From: Calditrichia bacterium
GTDB taxonomy: Bacteria > Calditrichota > Calditrichia > JAJRVZ01
Reading direction: 5' to 3'
NCBI GenBank assembly: GCA_963796965.1
Contig: CAWCNS010000005.1
Span: 32,001-96,000 of the forward strand
Length of the DNA: 64,000 bases
Shown here: positions 1 to 12,906 of the stretch, one piece after another
How the letters are laid out: every line of letters starts with the position of its first letter
Position numbering within the stretch: position 1 is the first letter of the stretch
Notes under the pieces: generated by a model
The model's input: only the letters and a program-made list of their open reading frames with translations
Told to the model about the DNA's origin: nothing
Database searches by the model: none
Translations under genes and position numbers: made by a program

Positions 1-383
1 CATACACAGCAGCAGAAGGTGATTTTCCGTTGGGCGATTTAAACTGGTTTCCCGATAAAAAAGCCGAATGGGAAAACTGGTTGAGCCACGGGCATTGAAG
101 ATGCGACCCTTCATTGCCGCAGGCTTTTGAGTTGCAGCAGAATTATCCTAATCCATTTAACCCGACTACAAACATCATGTTCAGCGTTCCAATTAAGGGC
201 CACTACACATTAACGGTGTATAATCTCCTGGGACAGGAAATTATAACCTTGATTGATGGTCAATTAAATGCAGGCAGTCATGAAGTAACTTTTAAAGCCT
301 CGAATTTAAATTCAGGTATTTATTTCTATACTCTGACTGGCAAGAATGTTAGTATTTCACGAAAAATGATGTTGCTAAAATAG
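1..383 (+). CDS. 3' end of a secreted protein with T9SS type-A-like C-terminal sorting domain (partial, frameshift near 90)
   Basis: ORF 114-383 has QQNYPNPFNPTT...SGIYFYTL...RKMMLLK. The upstream frame reads GDFPLGDLNWFPDKKAEWE. Confidence 0.85.
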
Positions 384-421
384 GCTAAAATGATATTAAC
401 TGTAATTAGGTAAATATAACC

Positions 422-511
422 TGCCTGCAGTTAGAGATGGGAATCAAACAAGTCTGCTTTTCTTTTATTTTTAATTATCATAAAGCATTAATTTCCTCTC
501 TACTGCAGGCA
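422..511 (+). terminator. Long imperfect inverted repeat (possible terminator or stabilising hairpin)
   Basis: TGCCTGCAGTTAGAGA at 422 pairs with TCTCTACTGCAGGCA ending at 511. Confidence 0.45.
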
Positions 512-597
512 TTTATATGATGTCAACCAGGAAAAATGAAAACACAATAAAATGATGAACCTAAAGATATTACAATTTCCATTTTAAATGAGGAAGC

Positions 598-3500
598 ATG
601 GTTATCAGCGGCTACAAACAGTTAAAGATCAATGTCATAACGTATATCCTCGCCTGCCTGTTGGGTACAGCAGCAGCACAGCAACCACATCAACAAATAA
701 CGCTGTTTAAAATAGATCGATCCCACCTCGATAGACCTCACACAACCGACCTTGTTTATTGTACCATACACACATCTCGATGATATCTGGCGCTGGTCAT
801 ATCCGCAAACAATTCGTGATTTTCTTAAGAATACATTAGATGAGAATTTTGACGCCTTTGAAAAATATCCGCACTTTATCTTTAATTGGTCCGGTGCCAG
901 CCGCTATGCCATGATGCGCGAGTACTATCCGGAAAAGTATGAAGAACTTAAAGCAATGGATTGCTGCAGGACGTTGGTTTCCGAGCGGCAGCTCATGGGT
1001 TGAAAATGATACGAATGTGCCTTCTACCGAGTCCATCATTCGTCAGATACTATATGGCCGTAAATATTTTCCAGAATGAATTTGGCAAAGAAAGTCTTGA
1101 ATATATGTTACCGGACTGTTTCGGCTTTCCTTATTCATTGCCTTCCGTTTTAAGTCACTGCGGTATCCGTGGTTTTTCAACTCAAAAACTGACCTGGGGA
1201 TCGGCCAACGGAATTCCCTTCAATGTCGGACGCTGGATCGGCCCGGACGGCAAATGGGTGATTGCGGCGCTCAATGCCGGTAACTATGCTCGCAGCTCAT
1301 AAGGATGTGTATACCACACATAAAGAAACTCTCAAACGCCTTGAAGAAAACCGGAAACGTTCCGGCCTGCCGATCGACTTTTTCTATATGGGGGGCGGCG
1401 ACAAAAATAATGCTGATCGCGGAGGAATGCCCCAAAAGGTTTCACTTGAAACACTTGAAAAATGCTATAGAAACAGAAGGTCCTGTCAAAGTGATCGCCG
1501 GCCCGGCGGATCTGATGTTTCGCGCCATCACAGATGAACAGGCAGAAAAATTTCCAGACCTGGAACAAAGATTTGCTACTGATCAAACACTCCACCGGTG
1601 TGCTGACCTCACAGTCCTATATAAAGAAATTGAACCGCGATGCTGAAATATTGGCGGATGCTGGTGAGCGTGCTGCCGTTGCTGCCCATCTGCTAACCGG
1701 TGCTGAATATCCATCGGTGAACACTTAACCATGCATGGGATTGATGCTTCGTAATCAGTTTCATGATACCCTGCCGGGAACAAGTATTCCCAAGGCTCAT
1801 GAATATGCATGGAACGATGGCATCATTGCACTAAATCGATTTGCCGGAGTGTATAAAGATGCAATTGGCAGTTTAGCTCAGACACTTAATACCGATGTGC
1901 CCGGAGTACCGGTAGTCGTTTTTAATCCACTTTCAATTCCACGTAAAGATAATGTAGAAGCATTTATTCCTGATGAACTAAATGAAGCAGAATCTATTGC
2001 TGTATTCAATGCAAAAGGTAAAGAAATGCCTTCGCAGGTCGTGGTAGGATATGACGGGAAAAGCAGAATATCTATTTCAGACAGATCTTCCTCCTGTCGG
2101 AGCAGCTGTTTATTCAATTCGACAGGCAAAAACAAATATTAAAGACTCTGAATTGGTTGTTCACAAAGATTATTTAGAAAACAACTATTTCAAAGTAGCA
2201 ATAGATGCCAATGGTGATATATCAAGTATATTCGACAAAAGAATTGGAAAAGAACTTCTCGAAAAGCCGATACAACTTGAATTCGGAGAAAACTTCCCGG
2301 ATATCAAGCCGGCATGGCGAATCTACTGGAAAGATATCAAAAAACCTGCGCGCAGTGTAGCTGCTAATCCTAGTTCAATTAAAATAGTTGAAGATGGCCC
2401 GATTCGTGTAGCTGTTGAAGTGGTTCGTGAGAACGAAGGATCAAAAATCATACAAAGAATAAGACTTTCAGCAGGAGCTGACGGAAGCCGTGTGGAGATG
2501 GCTAACTTGATTGATTGGAAAAGCCGAGGAGCTTTGCTCAAGGCTGCATTTCATTTAACAGCTCCAAGCACCCGAAGCAACTTATAACCTTGATTTGGGT
2601 ACCATCAAGCGCGGAAACCGTAACGAAAAGCAATATGAAGTGCCCCATCATGCATGGTTTGATTTAACAGATAATTCGGGTGAATATGGAGTTTCTGTAC
2701 TTACAGGAGCAAAATACGGAAGCGATAAAGTAGACGACAATACCATAAGACTTACACTTATTCATGGGCCAGATACAAAAGATAGTAAACAGGAAGTGCT
2801 TGACGATGGCAGTATGAGTGAACAGAGATGGCAAGACTGGGGGCGTCATCAGTTTACTTATGCAGTTACGGCACATAAAGGCGACTGGCGCGAGGGTAAA
2901 ACTCATTGGGAAGCCATGCGTTTTGAACAGCGTCCTGCAGCATTTGCTGTCCCGAAACATAAAGGTAAAGGAAGTTCATTCTCTTTGATTAACATCGACA
3001 ATGATCAAGTAAATATACAAGCTGTTAAAATGGCTGAAGACGGATCCGGTGTGGTAGTAAGACTGCAGGAATTACATGGTAAAGCCTGTACCGGTGCTAT
3101 ACTTTCGGCGATAAAACCAATTCTTGCAGCAGAAGAACTGGACGGAGCTGAACGCCCGCTGGATATTCAGCTTGCAACAAAAAAGGGTGAGCTGAGCATA
3201 GACTTTACGCCCTACGAATTAAAAACTATTCTGCTGAAGATAAAGGGAGCCAAAGCGATGCCTGCTGGCAACTCAACCGGTAGAGCTGGAATACGATACC
3301 GATATATTCAGCTATAACAGCAACCGTGAAGATGGATATCGTGAAGATGGATTTACTGTGCCCAGGCCCAGGTCTGAAGGCCATCGCGGCAGTCTTGACG
3401 GCAAAGGCGGAACATATCCGGCTGAAATGATTGGTGATAAGGTTCAATTGGGTAATGTTTCCTTTAACATCGGTTCCCGTGAGGAGCGTGAATACAATGC

Positions 3501-4022
3501 CGTTGCATGTCTCGGACAGAGTATTGACCTGCCAGAAGGGACATACCGTTCTACATATTCTGGCAGCAGCCGATGTGGATACGGATGTTACTTTTAAAGC
3601 AGGCGAAAAGGAGTTTCCGTTAACAATTGGCGGATGGTCAGGTTACATGGGATTATGGGATAACCGTGAATTCGAAGGATTTGTTGCTGAATTATCTTAT
3701 TCATTGCGCAATGACCTGAAAACAATTCATCCGGCATTTATCCGCGATCATCGTATTGCATGGTGCAGCTTCACACCGTCATCTGCCTGCAGGTGATGCA
3801 CTTTATGAATACGGTTATCTGTTTGCATATCGTTTAGAAATACCTGAAGGTGCAACAAGTATAACACTTCCAAATTCACGATTCGTTCGCATTGTTGCCA
3901 TGAGTGTTGGCGACGAAGGTCATGCCACTGCGTTGCAGTCACCTTTCGATGATCTGCATCGCGATGATGCCTTCACGAACATTCCGCTTCGAAAGACGCG
4001 CAATGGATCTCAATTCAAATAG
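598..4022 (+). CDS. Alpha-mannosidase, glycoside hydrolase family 38 (split by about 9 frameshifts)
   Basis: Consecutive ORF pieces give a signal-like N-terminus, THLDDIWRW, YMLPDCFGFPYSLP, NQFHDTLPGTSI, YEVPHHAWFDL and VVVRLQE, all GH38 motifs. Confidence 0.88.
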
Positions 4023-4089
4023 CAAGAAGCTTTACACTGAATCTCCTAAGTGTGAATCAATGCCTCCATCGTGAATTAAGGAATAATAT

Positions 4090-5356
4090 ATGACAAACAA
4101 CAATTCGCCAAAAATTCACTAAAACGTTGGCACTTATTTCTTCCCGGCATTTTTCTGCTTGGCTTTAATATCGGTACCGGCAGCGTGACCGCGATGGCTA
4201 AGGCCGGGGCCACCTATGGCATGTCACTATTGTGGACGATCATGCTCTCCTGTCTCGCCACGTACTTCATGATCCGTATCTATGGAAGTATACGCTTGTC
4301 ACAGGAGAAACGGCATTGCAGGCATTCCGTAAACATATTCACCCGGGAGTGGGGATCTTCTTTATCGTCGCACTGACTGCTGGTGTATCCGGCAGCGTGA
4401 TGGGTGTGATGGGAATTGTTGCCGATATCAGTTACGAGTGGTCGAAGACGATGATTGACTGGTGGAATTGCTCCGATCTATTTTGCAGCATTTTTTATTG
4501 CATTGGTTTACTATATTTTCTGGAATGGCAAAACGCAGTTTTTTGAACGCAGCCTGGCTGTAATTGTGGCAATTATGTCCGCATGTTTTTTACTCAATTT
4601 TTTCATCATGATGCCTCCGCCAATCGACATTTTGAAAGGGATGATTCCCAACCTGCCTGAAGTTCCTGCGGACCAGGGGAAAGGTCCGTTTCTGGTGATT
4701 GCCTCCATGGTTGGGACCACTGTTTTTTCCGGATTGTTTATTATCCGAACCACATTGGTCAAAGAAGCAGGATGGACAATCAACGATATTAAGAAGCAAC
4801 GAAACGATGCGATCGTATCTGTGACCATGATGTTCGTCATCAGCGGTTCGATCATGGCTGCGGCGGCAGGTACTTTATATGCTGCAAGGACTTGGCTTAA
4901 CCAAAGCCTCGCAGATGATCGAGTTGTTGGAACCCTTGGTTGGGTCCTTGGCCACTTCCATATTCGCTGTCGGCATCATTGCTGCGGGTGTTTCATCACA
5001 GTTTCCGAATGTGCTGATGCTGCCATGGCTGCTATGCGACTATAACCAGTCAGAGCGCAAGATGACTCTTCCCAGATATCCGCATCATGGTATTGATCAT
5101 TTCACTCTTGGGTTTGGTGGTGCCAATTTTTGATGCGCGTCCTGTATTTGTGATGATTGTCTCTCAGGCCTTCCAATCCGTTATTTTGCCAGTTACGGTC
5201 GGCTGTATCTTATACCTTGGAAATCGTCATGATCTGATGGGCGAACATAAAAATTCATCGATGGACAACCTATTTCTAACTGCCATTCTGCTCTTTTCCA
5301 TCGTCACCTCTTCGATGGGTATCAAAGGCGTTTGGCAACTCATCTACGGGTTGTAG
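4090..5356 (+). CDS. NRAMP/MntH-superfamily membrane transporter (frameshifted)
   Basis: PGIFLLGFNIGTGSVTAMAKAGATYGMSLLW, TGETALQAFR and ASMVGTT. Multi-TM pieces at 4185-4376, 4232-4546, 4455-5045, 4879-5133 and 5087-5356. Confidence 0.8.
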
Positions 5357-5358
5357 AG

Positions 5359-6435
5359 ATGAAGATTCCGAATATACTTTTTTTAGAATCCAACCGGGTG
5401 TGGCGAACTTATCCCGGCGGCATGAAACTTGACATTATGGAAGGCCGAGAGCATCCGGAAGATGCGCACTTTCCTGAAGATTGGATCGGCTCGACTACCT
5501 GCGCGGTAAACAAAGGCCGCGAACATCTCACAGAAGAAGGCTTATCAAAAGTCACGATCGACGATGAAACGCTAACGCTCAAAGCACTCTGCGAAAAAGA
5601 TCCGAATGCTTTACTCGGAGCAACACACTTCGAAAAATACGGCGCCAACACCCAGTTTTTACTCAAATTTCTCGATTCAGCGATCCGGCTGCATATCCAG
5701 TGCCACCCGACCATTCCCTTTGCTCAAAAACATCTCAACAGCAACTCCGGAAAAACCGAGGCCTACATCATACTGAGTATTCGCGACGAGGTGAAAGAGC
5801 CTTACATCTATATGGGCTTCCAGAATCCGCCTGTAAAAGAGGCATTCAAGCGGATGATTGAAGAGCAGGATAGAGATGCTATACTTGCCTGTTTTGAAAA
5901 AATCCCGATAAAACCGGGTGATGTTTTCATGGTTCCCGGTGGCATGCCGCACGCCATCGGCGAAGGCGTCTTCATGATCGAGATCATGGAGCCGACTGAC
6001 TTTGCTGTTCGGATTGAATTCGAACGCGGCGGCTACGTCTTGCCTGAAGAATCACGCTTCATGAACCGGGGCATCGATTTTGCCCTGTCCATGTTTAACT
6101 ATGAACCGACTTCGGTTGAAACGATTAAAGAACGCTTTTTCTGCGAACCGCGCGTACTGGAAAAACAAAATCAAAGCACTGAATATGCATTGATTGATGA
6201 AAAGAAAACCAGCTGTTTCAGCGTCAACCGCATCGATGTAAAGGATCGTTATGTAAAAGAATCTGATACGTTTTATATCGGCATTGTCTCAAAGGGATCC
6301 GGCACAATTGTCACTGGCGATGAAACGTATCCGGTTAAAGAAGGATCAAAATTTTTTGTCCCCTACCAGACGGATTCAGTCACATTTGAATCTGAAAGCG
6401 GCATGGAAATCATCGCAACGTTTCCGCCCGGATAA
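5359..6435 (+). CDS. Class I mannose-6-phosphate isomerase-like cupin
   Basis: FLLKFLDSAIRLHIQCHP, GKTEAY and PGGMPHAIGEG motifs. ATG lies 2 nt after the transporter stop. Confidence 0.85.
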   Translation: MKIPNILFLESNRVWRTYPGGMKLDIMEGREHPEDAHFPEDWIGSTTCAVNKGREHLTEEGLSKVTIDDETLTLKALCEKDPNALLGATHFEKYGANTQFLLKFLDSAIRLHIQCHPTIPFAQKHLNSNSGKTEAYIILSIRDEVKEPYIYMGFQNPPVKEAFKRMIEEQDRDAILACFEKIPIKPGDVFMVPGGMPHAIGEGVFMIEIMEPTDFAVRIEFERGGYVLPEESRFMNRGIDFALSMFNYEPTSVETIKERFFCEPRVLEKQNQSTEYALIDEKKTSCFSVNRIDVKDRYVKESDTFYIGIVSKGSGTIVTGDETYPVKEGSKFFVPYQTDSVTFESESGMEIIATFPPG

Positions 6436-6543
6436 TCGATTTACAAAGAGCAGTCAAAAACCTCGCCGGTGCATTAACCAGCAGCAAACCGGTTAGAGGA
6501 AACGAATATGGATTCGAGTCAATAATCATTGGAGGTTTCTCAA

Positions 6544-8669
6544 ATGTTAACAAATAACAAGATATCAACAATTTCTTTACCTTTACTGTTTGCCGTTGTC
6601 TTCCTATTGGTGGTATCAGGGAACGCACGCCCGTTGGATGACAAGGCCATACGTTTTAATGGAAATGATCTGAAGATAGTGATCTCAGATAAAGAGCCAG
6701 GCCCGATCAAGCTTGCTCTTAAAGCCCTATTGAAAGATTTTACGAGCGTAATGGGTACTGAACCAGCTGTTGTAAATGAGATGAGCGCGGACAATTCACA
6801 GACCGAGATCGTAATCATAAATCGCTCATCCGGGACCCTTGCCGTGCCATCCGATAAGGTTAGGGAACTTGATGGATTTGAGTCTCACCGCATATATGCC
6901 GACGCGGAGAATAATAGGATATATCTTGAAGGGTATGATCTGAGGGGTACTATTTATGCCATTTATACGTTTTCTGAAAAAATTCTTGGTGTTCCACCAT
7001 TGCACTTTTATAGTACATGGATTCCTGATAAAAAAAGATGAAATATCGGTAGCCCATGACTATGATATTTTTTTCAAATCACCACAAGTGAGGTATCGCA
7101 GCATTTTACCAGGTGACCAGGATTTTATCAATCCCTGGAGAGCTGAATCAGAAGAAAATGAGAATGTCTGGCTTGAAACAACTCTCCGGTTAAAGTATAA
7201 CACCGTTGAAACTTACTCTACAATAATGCCGGATTATAAATTGACTGACTATGCTTATCTGATTGACAAATATGGATTGGTTATAACCTCACATCATACG
7301 AGTGGCCTGAATACTTCATTCAGGACATGGAACCAATACTGGGAAAAAGTTAGAAATATGGAGGCGCCTAAGCTGCTATTATCCAATGAACAGGCGATTC
7401 TTGATTTCTTTCGTTATAATGCAGAGACTGTGCAAAAAAACGGGATCGAGAACCTTTGGAGTGTCGCATTCAGAGGCAAAGGAGATGAGCCATATTGGGT
7501 TATTTTCGAGGATGCTCCCCAAGACGAAAAAGAACGCGCTGAAATCATAAATAAGATGTTGCAAATCCAGTATGATCTGATACGAGAGGTTACGGGAGAA
7601 GATAAACCTTATGCGCGTATCACCTTTTACGATGAGATTGCAAACCTGATGGCCAAAGGTTACCTGAAACCACCGGAAGGTGAAAACATGATCTGGACTT
7701 TTGTGGCTGCCCGTCGTGATCCTTATCCTTATGATGATCTGGTAAATTTTAATCCGAGCATACCAGTAAAACTGGGATTCTACATGAATTTTGGATTTGC
7801 ATCAACCGGGGCACATGTGGCACCGGCTGAAAGCCCCTGGAAAATGGAATTTAATTACCGCTATATTAATAATAAGTCCCCATTGTACTTCTCAGTCGTG
7901 AATGCAGGAAACGTGAGGGAATTTGTGCTGGAACTCTCGGCCCATGCCAAAATGTTGTGGGATTATGATAGTTATAACAGCGATGCCTTTTTGTTAGATT
8001 ATTGTACTCAATATTTTGGGGCAGAAAAGGCGAATGAAGTAGCACAACTATACAGAGACTATTACTATGCCTACTGGCAAGCGAAACCGACCGAATTTGA
8101 AGGAATGGAACGTCAGTTTGTATTTCAGGATTTAAGATATGCCCGGGCTTTTGATCATATTTTTGAGGCGTTTTATTTTTCAGAAAATCATATAAATATG
8201 AATCCGTTGTATAAGATTGGATATGAAAGCGTCCCGGGTCGTACTTATCGAATTGATTTTGAACATAATAAAAGTAAAAATCAGGTTGATGCACTTATTG
8301 TATGGAATGAAAAAAACCATACCAAAATTTGAGTCGGTTGCTGAGCGTTGTTCCGAAATGATGCCTCAACTGGATGAAGATAAACAAACTTTTTTTAACG
8401 ATAATCTGCGTATATACAGTTATTATATGACTCATTTAAGTAAGACACTTTACCATTATGTGTATGCCTATAAACATCAAAGAACAGAAGATGTTCTGAT
8501 GGAAAATCTTGATCTGGCATATGATAATGCTGTAAAGGCAAGACAATATCTGAACGAAGCGCAACATGGTATCTTTTCAACCTGGTATTCCAATGCTGAT
8601 CCACTTGAAAGAACATTTCAGATTGATTATTTATTAAATAAAATTACGTTATTAAAAGCAAAAAATTGA
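6544..8669 (+). CDS. Glycoside hydrolase family 115-like protein (frameshifts near 7030 and 8300)
   Basis: Signal peptide, GYDLRGTIYAIYTFSEKILGVPP, VRYRS, LRLKYN and RGKGDEPYW match the GH115-type layout. Confidence 0.7.
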
Positions 8670-8755
8670 TGGAAGGATGTATAACTTTCTCAATAAGACT
8701 AAATTGACAGTTCCCTTAAAACTCAACAAATAAAAGAGAATTGCATAATATAAAG

Positions 8756-8776
8756 ATCCCGAATCAAGTTCGGGAT
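8756..8776. repeat. REP-like palindrome (ATCCCGA...TCGGGAT family)
   Basis: ATCCCGAATCAAGTTCGGGAT. Related copies at 23868, 45626, 54670 and 63859. Confidence 0.7.
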
Positions 8777-8927
8777 GTCAAACAGGTCACACTGTGTAAT
8801 GGACTCGTATGGAGAACTTGTTTCAGTGTCTCATTCTCAAAAACAAAAACGGATTATCCAAACATTATCGTAATTCTTGTGAACGGTAGAGCTATGGTGA
8901 ATTTGACTTAACCCAGAGATCTTCGTT

Positions 8928-10460
8928 ATGCAAATAGTGATAAAAATAGTGGCGGTATTAGTAGTTTTCTGCCTGTCAATGGGTTCATCGGTTGCCGCAG
9001 ATACTAAGCCAAATGTCCTGCTGATTATTTGCGACGATTTAAACACGCATGTTTCAACGTCTGGCTATCCGCATATCCGTACGCCGGCATTTGATATGCT
9101 GGCCGCCACCGGAATGACTTTTAATCGGGCCTATTGCCAGTATCCTGTTTGTAATCCATCGCGAACTTCTTTTCTCAACGGCCTCTATCCGGAGTCGACA
9201 GACGTCATTGACAACTACACGGATATTCGGCAAACCCGCCCGGGAACCGTTTCCATGCCACAACGCTTTAAGGAAGCCGGTTATTGGACTGCTTCGGTAG
9301 GCAAGGTATTCCACAGCACAAAAATGGAACATGGAGATTTGGCCTGGAATGAGTTTCTCCGGTTTGAAAATGAAGAAATGCCGATGGTGACACCAATCCG
9401 TGAGACCTTCGAAGCAAAACATGGATCCATTGAAGCTGGCGAAACAAAAAAACTTTGGAAGGAATTCTACCCGACCATCGCATCACAGACGCGTGGCCAG
9501 AAACCAGGCTACGGACCTACGGGCCTGCGCGACGACCAGCATAAAGACGGTAAGAATGTACGGCAAATTGTATCGTGGCTGAAGAACAGGAGCCATGGTG
9601 AGAAGCCATTCTTCATGGCTTGCGGTATCCACAAACCTCACGGACCTTTTCTGGCACCCGACGCCTATTTCGACATGTACCCTAAAAAGGACCTGATGTT
9701 CTTGCCACCACCGCCTGATTTCTGGAAGCAGGCGCCCGCTGAAGCAATGACGAAGCGCTATGAACGTTTCGGGTTTGAGTTCGGGGTTGAAAATGACTCG
9801 TTACGGCGTGAGTACACCCAAGCGTATCATGCCTGCATATCCTTTATCGATGCTCAAATCGGACTGATCTTTGAAGCCCTGAGAAGCAGTGGTCAATGGG
9901 AGAATACGATTATTGTTTTAATGTCTGACCATGGATATCAGCTTGGTGATCATTTTATGTGGGGAAAGGTCATGTTGTTTGAGACCTGTGACCGAATACC
10001 ATTGGTTATCCGCGTGCCGGGTCAAACAAAATCGGGCTCTTCCAGCGAAGGACTGGTTGAACTTGTAGATCTCTATCCAACCCTTGCCGAACTCTGTGGC
10101 GTAACACCACCGGGAGATCTGCAAGGCCGCAGCCTGGTCCCGATGTTGCATAATCCAAATGCTCCGGGAAAAGAGGTTGCCTACACGGTGGTTAGACGCG
10201 GTAATTTGAGGCTTGGTAAAAACGCACCAGGACATTACCAAAAACCTCTCAAAAGGTTAGGCAAGGCCATCCGAACAGATCGCTGGCGATATACCCTGTG
10301 GCCAGAAGGAGGAGAAGAACTCTATGACCTGGAGAACGATCCTCGGGAGCATATAAACCTTGTTCACTCTCCGGGATATATTGACGTTGTTGAGAACCTG
10401 CGTACCCGCTTAGCGCAGGCAGAGCAACGTGCTGCTAATGCCTTACATCAAACAGAGTAA
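8928..10460 (+). CDS. Formylglycine-dependent sulfatase (iduronate-2-sulfatase-like)
   Basis: PNVLLIICDDL, CNPSR, GKVFH, KPHGP, SDHG and ELYDLENDP motifs; signal peptide. Confidence 0.92.
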   Translation: MQIVIKIVAVLVVFCLSMGSSVAADTKPNVLLIICDDLNTHVSTSGYPHIRTPAFDMLAATGMTFNRAYCQYPVCNPSRTSFLNGLYPESTDVIDNYTDIRQTRPGTVSMPQRFKEAGYWTASVGKVFHSTKMEHGDLAWNEFLRFENEEMPMVTPIRETFEAKHGSIEAGETKKLWKEFYPTIASQTRGQKPGYGPTGLRDDQHKDGKNVRQIVSWLKNRSHGEKPFFMACGIHKPHGPFLAPDAYFDMYPKKDLMFLPPPPDFWKQAPAEAMTKRYERFGFEFGVENDSLRREYTQAYHACISFIDAQIGLIFEALRSSGQWENTIIVLMSDHGYQLGDHFMWGKVMLFETCDRIPLVIRVPGQTKSGSSSEGLVELVDLYPTLAELCGVTPPGDLQGRSLVPMLHNPNAPGKEVAYTVVRRGNLRLGKNAPGHYQKPLKRLGKAIRTDRWRYTLWPEGGEELYDLENDPREHINLVHSPGYIDVVENLRTRLAQAEQRAANALHQTE

Positions 10461-10486
10461 AAGAAGAAAAAATATTCGAGGTTAAC

Positions 10487-12838
10487 ATGAAAGCCAATCA
10501 TAAAATGAGTTTTAAAGTACGCATTATTGCGGTAATTTCACTCTTCATGGTTGTTACTCAGGTGTTTTCATCTGAAATAACTATTGTCCCTTCGGGAACT
10601 TCTGATGATGCCGATCTGATTCAAACTACTCTGGATGTGGTACAAGATGGCGACACACTTCGCTTAAACGGAGATTTTGTAATCGCCAAGACCATCTATC
10701 TACCATCTAATTTTACCTGGATTCTCGACGGAACTCTGACCTTAGGTGATAATGCAGTTCTTGATGATATTGGCTATGTTGACACGACTCGAAATATTGA
10801 CGCCACACGGAATACGGGGATTACGGAAATACCTGGTGGCGCCACAAACATCGATATGTCCGGCGGTACCTATTATGGGAATTCCGCAAATAACTCAAAA
10901 AAGAGTGTGCGCTTTATTAATTTTGTGTACGTCACGAATTCTAATTTTCATGATATGGTTATTACAGATGCATCAGATGATTGTTTCACGCTTGGTCCCG
11001 GATGTAATGGCAATGAATGCCGCAATCTTACCGGATCGTTTGCAGGCGTAAGTCTTAATATGTCCGGCAACGGTTTGACCGACAAAGGCGATCACAACAA
11101 ATGGTATGACTGTATTGCTGAGGATTGTTGGAGTGACGGATGGACACCAAAATGCCGCAACTCTGAATTTTACCGATGTATTGGTAGAAGAAACCAGGGT
11201 CCCGGATTTGGAATGTTTGTCCGCATAGACGGATCTGGTAATCCAGATCTTGGAGAGGCTATCGAGAACAATAAATTTTATGCTTGTGAAGCCTATGATA
11301 ATGATCGGTCAGGATTCAGTTTTGATATTTCAAGTACAAGTGGTGAAGGCGGCACCGTAAGGAATAACTTTATACAGTGTATTACTTTCAACAACAGAAT
11401 GCAAGGCGTGTTTTTCAGAAATAAGCAGCCTAACAGTATTATAGAAAACAATGAAGTCGATATTGTAGCCTGGGGAAACCTGGGACAGCGAAATGATGGT
11501 TCTACTTCAAGTCTATGCGGGTGGATTAAGTGCAGAAGCAGGCTATCCGATTACTGGTATCACCGGATCTGTTGTCTGCTATGATAATGTTGGCTGGGAT
11601 GTAAATACGTATACAGCAACGGAGTGCAATATTACCGTTTATCATCCGGCAGGAGAAAATGCACCTGATTTGAATAAAGGGGATCAATCAAATACCATAA
11701 CTGTAGTCGATTTTGACTGCGCAGGTACTTTGTCTGAATGGTGTCAGCAGAAATACTGTGAAATTTTGACCATAACACCACCCGCTGATCCTGAAAGTCT
11801 TGCCGCCAATACAGTTTCTTCCCGTCAAATTAGTCTGAACTGGACGGATAATGCCAGTGATGAACTGGGATTTAAGATTGAAAGAAAAACCACAGGTTCA
11901 TATGCTGAAATCGCCACAGTGGGCGCAGGTATCGGTTCATATGATGATACAGGATTAACACCATCTACGGAGTACACTTATCGTGTCCGTGCATACAATT
12001 CCTCAGGCTTTTCCGCTTATTCAAATGAAGCATCAGCTACCACTGATAGTCTTGAAGTGGGTGGTTTTATTGAGATCATCTATGATGATTTTGAAGGTGA
12101 CAGCTATGGTAACTGGAAAGATGGCGGCGATGATTGCAAGGTAGATTCCACCGAACATGCCCATCAGGGTTATTACTCGGTTAATCTTGAGAGTAATACC
12201 AGCACATCACTGGTTACAACAGGTGATCTGGTATTAACCGGTTATAATGAAGTTCTGGTTGAATTCTGGTATAAAGTCTGTCAGCATGGAAGCGGATGAA
12301 AATTTTGCGTTGCAGATATCCACCGACGGCGGCAGCAACTATACGACAGTGAAAACATGGATAAGCGGTGTGGATTTTGATAATGATATTTTTTATATCA
12401 GATTCCGTGACCATAAGTGGTTATACATTGACTAATAAGACGCGTATCCGCTTTCGTTGTCATGCCAGCGATGATGAAGATGACATCTATTTAGATGAAA
12501 TCAGAGTTTCTGCGAGAGATGATGGAACAACGCCAATAGATGAAATCCATAATGGCAGAGCAAACAGTTTTGCTTTGCAGCAAAACTATCCGAATCCGTT
12601 TAATCCAACAACAAAAATTAAATATTCAATCCCAATGGGAAGTTTTGTTTCTTTAAAAGTATATGATTTACTGGGCAGAGAGATTATGACATTGGTTAAT
12701 GAAAGAAAGCAAAAAGGTATTTACCTGGTAGAATTTGATGGCACGAATCTCGCCAGCGGAATGTATATTTATATAATTCGTGTCATGGATAATAATGGCT
12801 CGTTCGTCAGGAGCTATAAAATGAATTTAATCAAATAA
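10487..12838 (+). CDS. Secreted right-handed beta-helix protein with FN3 domain and T9SS CTD (2 frameshifts)
   Basis: Parallel beta-helix-type repeats in 10487-11584, FN3 (LNWTDNASDELGFKIERK...YTYRVRAYN) and CTD in 12368-12838. Confidence 0.8.
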
Positions 12839-12906
12839 TTATTGTCCCTTCCTCCCCTGAATGGGGATAGGGGATTTTTAATTGCATTCGGTGTAAAAAT
12901 ATAGAG

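Noticed and set aside
598..12838. Programmed frameshifting, phase variation or mass pseudogenisation of the split genes
   Set aside because: Single-base indels are scattered over many unrelated, otherwise well-conserved genes without in-frame stops or consistent slippery sites. Long-read consensus error is the simplest explanation; read polishing would confirm it.
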